Source of the DNA: Limnothrix sp. BL-A-16
Lineage (GTDB): Bacteria > Cyanobacteriota > Cyanobacteriia > CACIAM-69d
Direction of reading: 5' to 3'
Assembly: GCA_041937175.2 (NCBI GenBank)
Contig: CP166615.1
Coordinates: forward strand, 2,304,001 to 2,368,000
Length of the DNA stretch: 64,000 nt
In this document: piece by piece, positions 11,194-21,145 of the stretch
Position numbering within the stretch: position 1 is the first letter of the stretch
How the letters are laid out: the number at the start of each line of letters is the position of its first letter
Position numbers and translations under genes: made by a program
The notes under the pieces: model-generated
Database searches by the model: none
The model's input: the letters and a program-made list of their open reading frames with translations, nothing else
Told to the model about the DNA's origin: nothing

Positions 11194-11449
11194 AGCTGTG
11201 CTGAGTGTGCTTTAAGGGCTTTAGGCATCTCAGGGGTTGCCTAGAAACCGCACTGAGATGCAAAAGCAGTGTGGATTTGACTGGCGCGATCGCGAGGGAA
11301 TTGCGATGCTTCGGCCCGATCGTTGGAGCTTTGCCCTTGGGTGGATGGCGGCCAAAGGAATTGACCGCCGACCCAAAACGATTGCTGTGACTGAGTTTGA
11401 GGATATCAAGGCAGCCTTCAGGACTGAATCCTGGGATCCGCTGACCCCG

Positions 11450-11668
11450 CTACACCAGTGTGGACAAATCGTTCACTATCTCCACCCGCCCACGACGAAT
11501 CGATCGCAAAAGACGGTCAATAGAGGCTCGTTCCTCTTCCGTGATCGAGTCGTCCATGAGCGCTGCGAGCAAGCCGTAGCGATCGGCGAGGGTGAGGCGA
11601 CCGGTCGCCGTCACTTGGGCAAATAACTCGGACAATGCAAAGGGCAATAGTCGAACGGGCGGTTGCAT
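11450..11668 (-). CDS. Conserved small cyanobacterial hypothetical protein (72 aa)
   Basis: LTLADRYGLLAAL...EEERASIDRLL...RRGR pattern typical of a cyanobacterial small-protein family. Confidence 0.8.
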   Translation of the reverse strand: MQPPVRLLPFALSELFAQVTATGRLTLADRYGLLAALMDDSITEEERASIDRLLRSIRRGRVEIVNDLSTLV

Positions 11669-11800
11669 AATTCACCCCTGCATCGACATTCGCAGTCGAA
11701 TCTACGTTTCTAATATGACGCTTTGGGGGCGCTGGCCAGGTGATTCACCCCAGTAAGGAAGCGTGATCATTGCGGAAGATCAAGGCGATCGCAACAGACC

Positions 11801-11814
11801 GTATTCTGTGATAC
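11801..11814. promoter_or_regulatory. Putative NtcA binding site
   Basis: Intergenic GTA-TTCTGTGA-TAC matches GTA-N8-TAC (TGTATCACAGAATAC on the minus strand). Confidence 0.5.
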
Positions 11815-12007
11815 AAATCTTTACTCCCTGCGATCGAGATCGTCATCAGACGTGCATTGTGTCACTAAGCTTCCTCAAGTCCGTCAGTAACGGGGCTTGC
11901 GCTAAGTTGCTAGCGAAATGGCGACACTCCAGGTGTTTTTTAGAGAAAAAGCCATTCTGAATCGGTAATTTGGCAGATTTTTTCAAGATTTTCCTTAAAT
12001 CACCCTG

Positions 12008-12055
12008 AAAAAACATCGGGCGCTAGGAACTGCAACAGTTCGATCGCGCCCGATG
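12008..12055 (-). terminator. Intrinsic terminator of glmU
   Basis: CATCGGGCGC/GCGCCCGATG stem followed by T6 on the minus strand, just after the glmU stop. Confidence 0.7.
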
Positions 12056-12080
12056 GGAGGAGATCATTTAGAGCGCGAGC

Positions 12081-13436
12081 CTAGTCAGCACTGGGCAAGC
12101 GCCAACCGGGTTTCACGACTTGGCGCGATCGGGCAATCACCAAGGCATCGTCGCTCACGTCTTCGGTGACGGTGGAACCGGCGGCGATCGTCACGTCTTG
12201 GCCAATGGTGACGGGAGCCACAAGCACTGTGTTTGCACCGGTTTTGCTGCGATCGCCGATCGCGGTGCGGTGTTTGTTCACGCCGTCATAGTTCGCCGTG
12301 ACGGTTCCTGCGCCGATGTTGACCCGATCGCCCAAGGTGGCATCACCCAAATAGGACAGATGGGACGCTTTGGTGTTGCTGCCCAATTGCGCATTTTTCA
12401 GTTCCACAAAGTTCCCCAGGCGACAATCGGGGCCGGTGCTGGCATGGCCGCGCACATGGGCAAAGGGCCCCACTTGGTTGTTGGGGCCAATTTCGCTGTC
12501 GGTGACGACGGAATAGAGCACCTGGGCGTTGTCCCCGATCGTGGCGTTTTCAATTAGTGAGCCGGGGCCGATTCTGGCCCCGGCCCCGATCGAGCTGTGG
12601 CCGCGCAGATGGGTTTGGGGTTCAATGATCGCATCGGGGCCGATGGTGACCGTATCGTCGATCGTGATGCTGCTGGGATCAATCAGGGTCACGCCCGATC
12701 GCATCCATTGCTCCTTGGTGCGTCGTTGCAACACCTGGGCCGCCGCCGCCAGTTGCACCCGATCGTTAAATCCCCAAATCTCCTCCGGATCGGCCACATC
12801 CAAAGCCATCACCGGATTCAAGGCCCCGATCGCATCGGTTAAATAATATTCCCCTTGGCTATTGTCATTTTTGAGATGGGGTAAAAAAGCCGCCAATGCC
12901 GACCAGCGAAAACAATAAATTCCGGCATTAATTCGGCAATTCTGGCGTTGCTCTGGGCTGCAATCTCGGTCTTCAATAATTTCTTGAACAATCAGATGTT
13001 GATCGCAAAAAACACGACCGTAGCCCTGAGGATTTGCCAGTTGCGCTGTCAGAATAGTGGCAGCATTTTGGTGAGTTTGATGAATTTTCAGAAGGTTGGC
13101 TAGGGTTTCTGGGCGCAAGAGAGGCACATCCCCATTGAGCACCAATAAATCACCTTCATAGTCCGCTAAAGGGGCGAGTAATTGTTGAACGGCGTGGCCG
13201 GTTCCCCGTTGCTCCTGTTGTTCCACAAATTCCATTTGCGGCCAGGCGGCCAGGTGCGATCGCACTAAGTCTGCTCGATGGCCAACAATGGTCAGGCATC
13301 GATCGACCGATAATTGAGACAGGCTCTCCAAGACTCGGGCGATCGCGCTTTTGCCCCCCAACTCATGTAACACCTTAGGTAAATCAGATTTCATGCGCGT
13401 GCCTTTACCGGCCGCAAGAATCGCAACGGCAACCAC
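12081..13436 (-). CDS. glmU: Bifunctional UDP-GlcNAc pyrophosphorylase/glucosamine-1-phosphate acetyltransferase
   Basis: [18 protein letters not shown], hexapeptide repeats, NYDGVNK; GTG start at 13436 preferred. Confidence 0.97.
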   Translation of the reverse strand: MVAVAILAAGKGTRMKSDLPKVLHELGGKSAIARVLESLSQLSVDRCLTIVGHRADLVRSHLAAWPQMEFVEQQEQRGTGHAVQQLLAPLADYEGDLLVLNGDVPLLRPETLANLLKIHQTHQNAATILTAQLANPQGYGRVFCDQHLIVQEIIEDRDCSPEQRQNCRINAGIYCFRWSALAAFLPHLKNDNSQGEYYLTDAIGALNPVMALDVADPEEIWGFNDRVQLAAAAQVLQRRTKEQWMRSGVTLIDPSSITIDDTVTIGPDAIIEPQTHLRGHSSIGAGARIGPGSLIENATIGDNAQVLYSVVTDSEIGPNNQVGPFAHVRGHASTGPDCRLGNFVELKNAQLGSNTKASHLSYLGDATLGDRVNIGAGTVTANYDGVNKHRTAIGDRSKTGANTVLVAPVTIGQDVTIAAGSTVTEDVSDDALVIARSRQVVKPGWRLPSAD

Positions 13437-13903
13437 AGGAATTCCCTCAGAAAATAATAGGAAATAACAACCGAAAAAAGCAGCAGCAAAAGCAATCGTG
13501 TAGACCAATCGCCCAAGCAAACAGCCCAAACCAACAGGGCAAGCCAACGGGGCAGACAATCGCTCATCCAACAGCCAAGGATCTTGATGATTAAGCGTTT
13601 TGGTAATCCCTGGCGATCTTTGACGAGAAATTGATGGTGATCAACAACGCTCTACAACCATCCATGATGATCCATGCAACCGTTGCCGCCGGCCCAATCT
13701 CGACAACACCATAGCCGTTGATTGGCCCTGAATTCACCCGAAATTTGCGGTTCGGGACGGCGCGATCGGGGAACTCCCGCGCTAGGCTGGATGCGAATCC
13801 TTGGCGGATTTGCCCCGGCGCTGGGCCCTTGGGCTTTAGCCCCGGCCACCGCTCGATTTTGCCCATCTGTTTTGATCGACCCGTTTCCCCAGGAGCAAGC
13901 AAC

Positions 13904-14281
13904 ATGCCTGACTTCGGTAACTTGGTGCAAAAAGCCCTGTATCTGGGTGTTGGCCTTGCCAGCTATGCCGGTGAAAAGGCCAGCGAAACCTTCACCGACT
14001 TGCCCAGCAAACTGCAACAACTGGCCGATGAGATGGTAGCAAGAGGTGAAATGTCTACGGAAGAGGCTCGCCGCGCCGTGGAAGCCCTGATTCAACAATC
14101 CCAAGACAACACCCCCAGCCGCGAGCCATCCGCCGGCCAAGAGCCGCGCCGCATTGAAATTTTGGACGCAGAAGTGAGCGCAGATGCGGCCAATGGTGGG
14201 GCCAATCTGGATGCCATGCGCCAAGAGGTGGAACGGCTCCAGGCGGAATTGCGACGGCTGCGGGATCAGGCGGGATCCTAG
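13904..14281 (+). CDS. Phasin-like/PHA-regulator family coiled-coil protein
   Basis: LVQKALYLGVGLAS...LADEMVARGEMSTEEAR; AGGAG RBS before ATG 13904. Confidence 0.75.
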   Translation: MPDFGNLVQKALYLGVGLASYAGEKASETFTDLPSKLQQLADEMVARGEMSTEEARRAVEALIQQSQDNTPSREPSAGQEPRRIEILDAEVSADAANGGANLDAMRQEVERLQAELRRLRDQAGS

Positions 14282-14421
14282 GAGCGCGGCTGCCTTAACG
14301 TGATAGGCCAAGTCAACTGACTGTTGTCGCCACCAAGCCGTTAGGCAGCAAGGGGCTTAAGCTCCTTGTTAGCACGACTGCCTTTGCCGCTTTGACCCAA
14401 TAAATTAAGCCTGTCGCCCTC

Positions 14422-14784
14422 CTAGTTACCGTTTTCCTCGCGATCGGGCATGGGCGATCGCCCCAATTCCCGCAAGGTGGAAACGGACGCAAAGGTGGCC
14501 ACCAGATAGGGAACCATGTAAGTTAGCCCAATTTTGGCGAGGCGATCGGGCGGACAGTCGCGCCGCAGCAGGGCATCGCCGTGATTAATCCCCACCAAGA
14601 TCGTGCCCACCAGCAGCGAAGTCCGCAGGGCCCGCTGCACCACGGAGCGCTGGCGGGCCAAAAGCCACCAATCGGGCCCGCTGGCGGGCTGCTGACCGGC
14701 GATGGGAGAATTGGACGGACTCAAGCGGGGCGATCGGGAATGGGCGGATGGTTCAGGTTGTGGGGGAGATACCAAAGGAGCCAT
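14422..14784 (-). CDS. NrtS-family small nitrate/nitrite transporter-like protein
   Basis: Two-helix signature RALRTSLLVGTILVGINHGDAL...LTYMVPYLV. Confidence 0.65.
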   Translation of the reverse strand: MAPLVSPPQPEPSAHSRSPRLSPSNSPIAGQQPASGPDWWLLARQRSVVQRALRTSLLVGTILVGINHGDALLRRDCPPDRLAKIGLTYMVPYLVATFASVSTLRELGRSPMPDREENGN

Positions 14785-15169
14785 AGCGTCAGAGAAGAAG
14801 AACCCAAATTGAAAGATCCGGGAATCAAGATCCGGGAATCAAGACCCAAAAATCAATGAACCAGAGGAATCGCCCAAAGGGAAGCGGCGATTGTCCCTGA
14901 ATCGAGACCGCAACGAATCGAGATTGCAACGAATTCGGTTTGTCACCGGTCAAGTTTGTAACCGGCCCTGAAATCGTCCTTGTGCTCAAGGGGCGATCGG
15001 GCAGCGGCCTTTCCCCTCGTTATCATGGCCTAACCTTGGCTTTTCGCTGGCTTCGCATGAACCGTTTGCCGCGCAAGCGTCATCACCGCGTCATGTCTGT
15101 ACCATAACCCCGTCAAACAAGCTGACTAGATTGGGGTCAAACAGGCCAGAATGGAAAGGACACAGCCCG

Positions 15170-16471
15170 ATGACATTTCGACTGCCGAAAGCTGCCATGA
15201 CATCTCCCAACGATCGCCCCGATCGGGTGCAATTTCAAAATCCCCCCAATCGTTCCGGCGGCGGATCGAAAGCCTTGCTTTACGTTTCCCTGATCCTCTT
15301 TGGGGCGGGGGCTGCTTTGGCAGGGGTGCGGATGGTGTCGCCCAATGCCTGGGGAATTTTAGCGAGTGGGGGTGAACCGGCTTCCCTGCCTAACACCAGT
15401 TCCGTACCGGTGTCGCTGCCGTTGGGATCCGCCACCAGCGCCAATAATCCTGGCAACTTCGTCACCACCGTGGTCAATCGCGTGGGGCCAGCCGTGGTGC
15501 GCATTGACTCCGCCCGCACCGTTCGGAGCGAAATTCCCGGTGAATTTAGCAATCCCTTTTTCCGTCGCTTCTTTGGGGAAGAGGGGCCCGCACCCCAGGA
15601 GCGGGAAACCCGTGGCTCCGGTTCGGGCTTCCTGGTCACCAATGACGGCAAAATTTTCACCAATGCCCACGTGGTGGAGGGAGCCACTTCGGTGACCGTG
15701 ACCCTGAAAGATGGGCGCAAGTTTGATGGCAAGGTGGTTGGGGCAGATTCCCTGACGGATGTGGCGGTGGTGCAAATCAACGCCAAGGATTTACCGACGG
15801 TCAACCTGGGCAACTCTGACCAGTTGCAACCGGGACAATGGGCGATCGCGATCGGGAACCCCCTGGGGCTAGATAACACGGTCACCACCGGCATTATTAG
15901 TGCCACCGGGCGATCGAGCAATCAGGTTGGCGTACCGGACAAGCGGGTCAACTTCATCCAAACCGATGCAGCCATTAACCCCGGTAACTCCGGCGGCCCG
16001 CTGATCGATGAGCGTGGAGCTGTGATCGGCATGAACACGGCTATTATCCGAGGGGCCCAGGGGATTGGCTTTGCGATTCCGATCAACCGGGCCCGCCAAA
16101 TTGCTGAGCAACTGGTGACCAAGGGACGGGCTGATCACGCCTTTGTGGGGGTGCGGATGGTGAAGCTCACGCCCGAACTGAAGCAGCAGATCAACGAAGA
16201 TCCAAACAGCAACGCCAAAATCGAGCTGGATGCGGGGGTGCTGATTGTGCAAGTGATGCCCCGATCGCCCGCTGCGGAAGCGGGTTTGCGCCCCGGAGAC
16301 ACGGTGTTTCAGATTGATGGCAAGGTGGTGGAAGATCCCAGCGAAGTGCAGCAAATGGTGGAAGCCACGGGCACAACCCGTCCTCTCACCTTTGCCATCA
16401 ATCGCAACGGACAAAACCTGTCATTGCAGGTGAAGCCCCAAGTCATGAGTCCCGATCGCGCCAATGAGTGA
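15170..16471 (+). CDS. HtrA/HhoA/HhoB-family serine protease with PDZ domain
   Basis: TNAHVV, DVAVV and GNSGGPL catalytic triad, N-terminal TM helix, C-terminal PDZ. Confidence 0.95.
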   Translation: MTFRLPKAAMTSPNDRPDRVQFQNPPNRSGGGSKALLYVSLILFGAGAALAGVRMVSPNAWGILASGGEPASLPNTSSVPVSLPLGSATSANNPGNFVTTVVNRVGPAVVRIDSARTVRSEIPGEFSNPFFRRFFGEEGPAPQERETRGSGSGFLVTNDGKIFTNAHVVEGATSVTVTLKDGRKFDGKVVGADSLTDVAVVQINAKDLPTVNLGNSDQLQPGQWAIAIGNPLGLDNTVTTGIISATGRSSNQVGVPDKRVNFIQTDAAINPGNSGGPLIDERGAVIGMNTAIIRGAQGIGFAIPINRARQIAEQLVTKGRADHAFVGVRMVKLTPELKQQINEDPNSNAKIELDAGVLIVQVMPRSPAAEAGLRPGDTVFQIDGKVVEDPSEVQQMVEATGTTRPLTFAINRNGQNLSLQVKPQVMSPDRANE

Positions 16472-16570
16472 TGAGCAAACGGTGGAATGACGGGCGATCG
16501 AGCAATCTTGAATCAAGAACTCGATCGCTCCATCTCTGCCCTGCTCACCGATTCCCGGCCGGATGGGGAT

Positions 16571-18058
16571 TTAGAAGCGATCGACCTCCTCGGGGAATCG
16601 CTGTGCTGGAATCTGAGCATTGGCCGCTTCACCACAGGTTTTGGGTGTAGGAAACACCTTATCAGGATTGGCTAAACGCAAAGGATCAAAGGCCGATCGC
16701 AACCATTGCATCGTCTCCAAATCCGCCGCTGAAAACATATCGGGCATATAGCAGCGTTTTTCCGCGCCAATGCCATGCTCGCCGGAAATCGTACCGCCCG
16801 CTTGCACACAGCGCTTGAGGATTTCGCCGCCCATTTCTTCCACCGCTTCCAGTTGTCCCGGCACGGACTTATCGTATAGAACCAATGGGTGTAAATTGCC
16901 ATCACCCGCATGAAATACATTGGCCACTTTGTAGCCATATTCCTCGCTCAGTTTGGCAATTTCTTGCAAAATCCAAACCAATTTGCCGCGCGGCACAACG
17001 CCATCTTGTACATAGTAATCAGGGCTGACATGGCCAGCAGCGGCAAAGGCAGACTTACGACCTTTCCAGAGTTTAAGCCGCTCTTGAGGATCCGTGGCGA
17101 TCGTAATATTGCGCGCTCCATTTTCGCGGCAAATTTCAGCGACGCGATCGCTATTGGCCGCCACTTCCACCGCCAAACCATCCAGCTCAACTAATAGAAT
17201 CGCCTCCGCATCTCGGGGATAACAATTGGTTTTGGCCACGTCCTCCACCGCATTAATGCTGAGGTTATCCATAATTTCCATCCCACCAGGAATAATCTTG
17301 GCGGCAATGATATCGGCCACGCTCTTGGCCGCTGCATCCATGCTGGTAAAATCCGCTAATAAAACAGCAATCTCATCGGCAGTTTTGAGGATTCTGAGCG
17401 TCACTTCCGTGGCAATTCCCAACGTGCCTTCAGAACCTACAAAAATTCCCGTTAAATCGTAACCAGGCATCTCGGGAACTGTGCTGCCTACCTCGACAAT
17501 TTCCCCATCGGGCAACACCAGTTTTAGACCCAAAACATGGTTGGTGGTTACGCCATATTTGAGGCAATGAACCCCGCCGGAATTCTCCGCCACATTCCCC
17601 CCGATCGAACAAATAATTTGACTCGATGGATCGGGCGCGTAATAAAATCCTGCACCGCTCACGGCCTGGGTCACCCAATTGTTAATCACCCCCGGTTGCA
17701 CCACCACTCGCTGATTATCCAAATCCACCTTTAGGATCTGTTTCATCAAGGCCGTGACAATCAGCACCGAATCCTCGATCGGGAGTGCGCCCCCCGAAAG
17801 TCCCGTGCCCGCTCCCCGCGCCACAAAGGGCACACGAAACCGATTGCAGAGCTTGACCGCCGCCGCCACTTGCTCCGTGGTACGCGGCAACACCACCAGC
17901 GCCGGCCGATGGCGATAGCTGGTTAATCCGTCGCATTCGTAGGTCAGCAGCTCATCCTTGCGACGAATCACGGCCCGATCGCCCAGCGCATTCACAAATT
18001 CCCGGGCGATCGCTTCCCAATCGGGGCGAGTGGCCGATAGCGGCGGTGCAAAAACCAT
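16571..18058 (-). CDS. glcD: Glycolate dehydrogenase FAD-linked subunit
   Basis: RGAGTGLSGG, PDPSSQ, GGVHCLKYG, HAGDGNLHP and GEHGIG motifs. Confidence 0.93.
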   Translation of the reverse strand: MVFAPPLSATRPDWEAIAREFVNALGDRAVIRRKDELLTYECDGLTSYRHRPALVVLPRTTEQVAAAVKLCNRFRVPFVARGAGTGLSGGALPIEDSVLIVTALMKQILKVDLDNQRVVVQPGVINNWVTQAVSGAGFYYAPDPSSQIICSIGGNVAENSGGVHCLKYGVTTNHVLGLKLVLPDGEIVEVGSTVPEMPGYDLTGIFVGSEGTLGIATEVTLRILKTADEIAVLLADFTSMDAAAKSVADIIAAKIIPGGMEIMDNLSINAVEDVAKTNCYPRDAEAILLVELDGLAVEVAANSDRVAEICRENGARNITIATDPQERLKLWKGRKSAFAAAGHVSPDYYVQDGVVPRGKLVWILQEIAKLSEEYGYKVANVFHAGDGNLHPLVLYDKSVPGQLEAVEEMGGEILKRCVQAGGTISGEHGIGAEKRCYMPDMFSAADLETMQWLRSAFDPLRLANPDKVFPTPKTCGEAANAQIPAQRFPEEVDRF

Positions 18059-18359
18059 GGTTGGTGATCTTTCTAAAACGGCAGCAAACCTTTACTTACT
18101 ATAACAATTTTGGTCTGCTTAATTTTAATTAGTCTTATACAAGCAAGCTATTAGTATGAAAAATATTGACAGTGGATCACGAGTTAGATTTAAGCACTTA
18201 GCTTGTCGATAATTAAGGAAGAACTATTGATTTTTACTTCAATATTTTTAGGCTGATTTGAGCTTGTCTGATGCTGATTAGAACGCTCAGGCAATCGTAC
18301 CTAGGGCGGCGTTGGGACGATCGGGCTAGAATTCTCGCAAGTGTGGCACGCGGGGCGAT

Positions 18360-21116
18360 GTGGGGCTTGTGATGGATTTTGGATCAATTCTGTCGCCCGA
18401 GAAATGGTGGCTGTTGCTGGTGACAGTGCTGTTGGGCATCAACACGGGGGTGATTTTGCCAGCTCAGTATGATTCATCGGCTCCTGCGCCTCGCAAGTGG
18501 TTGATCATTAGCACTTGGCTTTTGAACGGGATTTTGACAGGGTTGGCGGGGCTGTTGTTTTCACAGGAGAAGCCCAATTTTCAGCTTTGCCAAGGCTTGA
18601 CGATCGGGGGTGCGATCGTGGGTGTTGTGACGCTGGCGATCTTTTTTCGGGGCCCCAAGGCTGTAGTGACAGCGCACGATCGCCGATCGGAGTTGTTGGG
18701 GGTGCTGAAGGAGGAGTATGGCCAGCGGGAAACGGGGGCGGTGTTGGGCAAGTCGATCGCCCCTGTGCCCTTGGAGCCGCCGCGATCGATTCCCTTTCTT
18801 GGCAAGTTGTTCGGGTTTGGGCAGGAGCGATCACTATCGGGGCTGGATGACTTGCTCAAAACGTTTGATGAAGCCCAGCGGCAGGTGTTGATTTTGGGGG
18901 AGCCGGGGGCGGGCAAAACTACGCTGCTGGTGGCGTTGGCGAATCGGTTGGTGCAACGGGCGATCGAGGGCGATCGGGAACCGATTCCGGTGATTTTGGA
19001 GTTGTCGGCTTGGCGGGCGGGCGAGTCGCTGCCCGATTGGATTGTGGCGGAGGTGGCGGAGCGCTATCGGCCGCTGCCGGCCGCGCAGGTGGCGAACTGG
19101 CTGGCTACGGGGCAACTGCTGCCGCTGTTGGATGGGTTGGATGAGCTAAAGGATCGCCAGGGCGCGGCGATGGTGGCGATTAATGAGTGGGTGTCGCAGT
19201 CGCAAAAGTTGGCGGGGGTGGTGGTCTGTTGTCGGCGGGCGGAATATGACGCGGCGGTGGCGGCGGGCGACGCGCCTTTGGAAGAGCGGCTCAACAAGCG
19301 AATTGAGTTGCAGCCGTTGGATGAGGCAACGATTCGCACCCATTTACATGACTGCGAGCGGGATTTTTTATGGGAGAAAATTAAGCAAGATCGCGACGGG
19401 TTTCGCAAGTTGGCAGAGTCGCCGTTGTTGTTGGATTTGATGGTGGCGGCCTATGACAAACCGGGAAAATGGCAACGAGAAGCGCCGCGAAATCCTGATG
19501 ATCTAGCAGCCTATTATCTTGATTGTCGAGATCGTCTTTTAGATGATTATTTTGAAGTGCGGTTGCATAGTGTGCCGCATCCCAAATACAAACCAGCAGA
19601 TACGCGCCGTTATTTGGAATGGTTAGCGCGATTGATGCGCGATCGCAACCAAACGGAATTTTTGATTGAGTATATGCAGCCTGATTTGATTGAGGATCTA
19701 AAAGATCTGAAAGGCTATCGAGACTGCTTGGGATTTATAGCTGCAATACCTCTTGCTCTTGGCTCTTGGTTGCTTGGAGTAGTCCTCAATGAAGAATTTT
19801 ACGGACTCGTATTAGGTCTTGGGATTGGATTACAAGTATTTTGCTCGATGGAGATTCTCTATATTAGAATCTCAAAAACAATTTGGTCTGATATATCTCT
19901 GTTATTTCTTAGGGGACGAATCTTTATACTATTTATTTTTCAATCTTTCTTAAAAGGGGAGTTCATAGGAAATTATTTCTTTGCTCCCTTGCTCATCTTA
20001 ACTTTTTGTGGATATTTTTACGTATTATCTAGTGTTTTCAACATCGAAAACCAAAATCATCTTTCATATTTTCTCATATCAATTCCCTTTCTTTTTATAG
20101 TTGCAGTTGTTGCATTAGGTGCAATTCTTGAAAGTAATTCTTTATACTTAAAAAAGATTTCTTATAAAGAAACAAACGAAGGAACAATAGAGTCAAGAAA
20201 AAGTCTTGCTTTACTAACATTTTTATTTTTTCTACTGTTTTTTATAAATCAGTCAATTTCAACTATTTTTCAAAACAAGTTATCTTGGGAGGTGACTTTC
20301 TTTCATGATATTCCAATTGCATGTATTCTCTCAGGCTTAATGGGTTTTTATTACTTTGGTGGAATTCAGATATTTCAGAAAAAATTACTGTTCATATTTT
20401 TAAATAAAGCCAATCATATCCCCATTAACTATGATGATTTTCTTCAATATGCATCAGATAAGTTAAGTCTACTTAAGAAAAGTGGCGCATACTTTCGTTT
20501 CTATCATGAATTACTCAAGATTAATATGGCTAAGTTCAGTTCACCGGCTTGTCAGCTTGAAGCACCAAGAATATCTTTAAAGAGTAAGTTGATTGCTCTT
20601 CTTATTCAATTGATACTGATTTACTTGTTGATTTTCGCCTGCTTGAATATCAATAGTTATTTTGATTCAAGCAATTCATCATTTCTCAACAGTCTTGACC
20701 TAAAGAAAAGTGATATTGTTTTTCGTAATTCTATAATTAACTCAAGATTCAAAGTGCACAAGAACAGTCTAGTTCTAGTTAATTTTATGATCAAAACAGA
20801 GACTAATCACAGTCATTCCAATTTATCAATAGACCTCATTGGAAAAGTTGTTCAATTACCTGGAGATACAATCAATTTAGGTAATAAATACTTGTTTGCC
20901 ATAAACGGAAAGTCCATAAATGAGATTTATAAAGATGCCAAAACCTGGAGTTCACTATGTTTTGATGGAAAACTTAGAGTTCCTCAAGATTCTTACGTCG
21001 TTCTACTTCAGTGGGTAGACGAACCATGGCTGGTCTTAGTTAAAGAGAAAGACATCCAAACAAAAATTCTCTTTCGGATCTACCCGTTCGATCGCTTCGG
21101 GCCGATCGAGCCGTAA
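18360..21116 (+). CDS. Membrane-bound NACHT NTPase with multi-TM region and degenerate C-terminal S26 signal-peptidase-like domain
   Basis: Walker A GEPGAGKT, Walker B LPLLDGLDE, SPLLL helical motif, many TM helices, tail VVQLPGDTI...FRIYPFDRFG. Confidence 0.85.
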   Translation: MGLVMDFGSILSPEKWWLLLVTVLLGINTGVILPAQYDSSAPAPRKWLIISTWLLNGILTGLAGLLFSQEKPNFQLCQGLTIGGAIVGVVTLAIFFRGPKAVVTAHDRRSELLGVLKEEYGQRETGAVLGKSIAPVPLEPPRSIPFLGKLFGFGQERSLSGLDDLLKTFDEAQRQVLILGEPGAGKTTLLVALANRLVQRAIEGDREPIPVILELSAWRAGESLPDWIVAEVAERYRPLPAAQVANWLATGQLLPLLDGLDELKDRQGAAMVAINEWVSQSQKLAGVVVCCRRAEYDAAVAAGDAPLEERLNKRIELQPLDEATIRTHLHDCERDFLWEKIKQDRDGFRKLAESPLLLDLMVAAYDKPGKWQREAPRNPDDLAAYYLDCRDRLLDDYFEVRLHSVPHPKYKPADTRRYLEWLARLMRDRNQTEFLIEYMQPDLIEDLKDLKGYRDCLGFIAAIPLALGSWLLGVVLNEEFYGLVLGLGIGLQVFCSMEILYIRISKTIWSDISLLFLRGRIFILFIFQSFLKGEFIGNYFFAPLLILTFCGYFYVLSSVFNIENQNHLSYFLISIPFLFIVAVVALGAILESNSLYLKKISYKETNEGTIESRKSLALLTFLFFLLFFINQSISTIFQNKLSWEVTFFHDIPIACILSGLMGFYYFGGIQIFQKKLLFIFLNKANHIPINYDDFLQYASDKLSLLKKSGAYFRFYHELLKINMAKFSSPACQLEAPRISLKSKLIALLIQLILIYLLIFACLNINSYFDSSNSSFLNSLDLKKSDIVFRNSIINSRFKVHKNSLVLVNFMIKTETNHSHSNLSIDLIGKVVQLPGDTINLGNKYLFAINGKSINEIYKDAKTWSSLCFDGKLRVPQDSYVVLLQWVDEPWLVLVKEKDIQTKILFRIYPFDRFGPIEP

Positions 21117-21145
21117 AGCAGCGATCAGCCCGAAAGTTTTGAACC

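Noticed and set aside
13437..13571. Hydrophobic N-terminal extension of GlmU
   Set aside because: Similarity to GlmU begins at VAVAILAAG; the extension is probably untranslated
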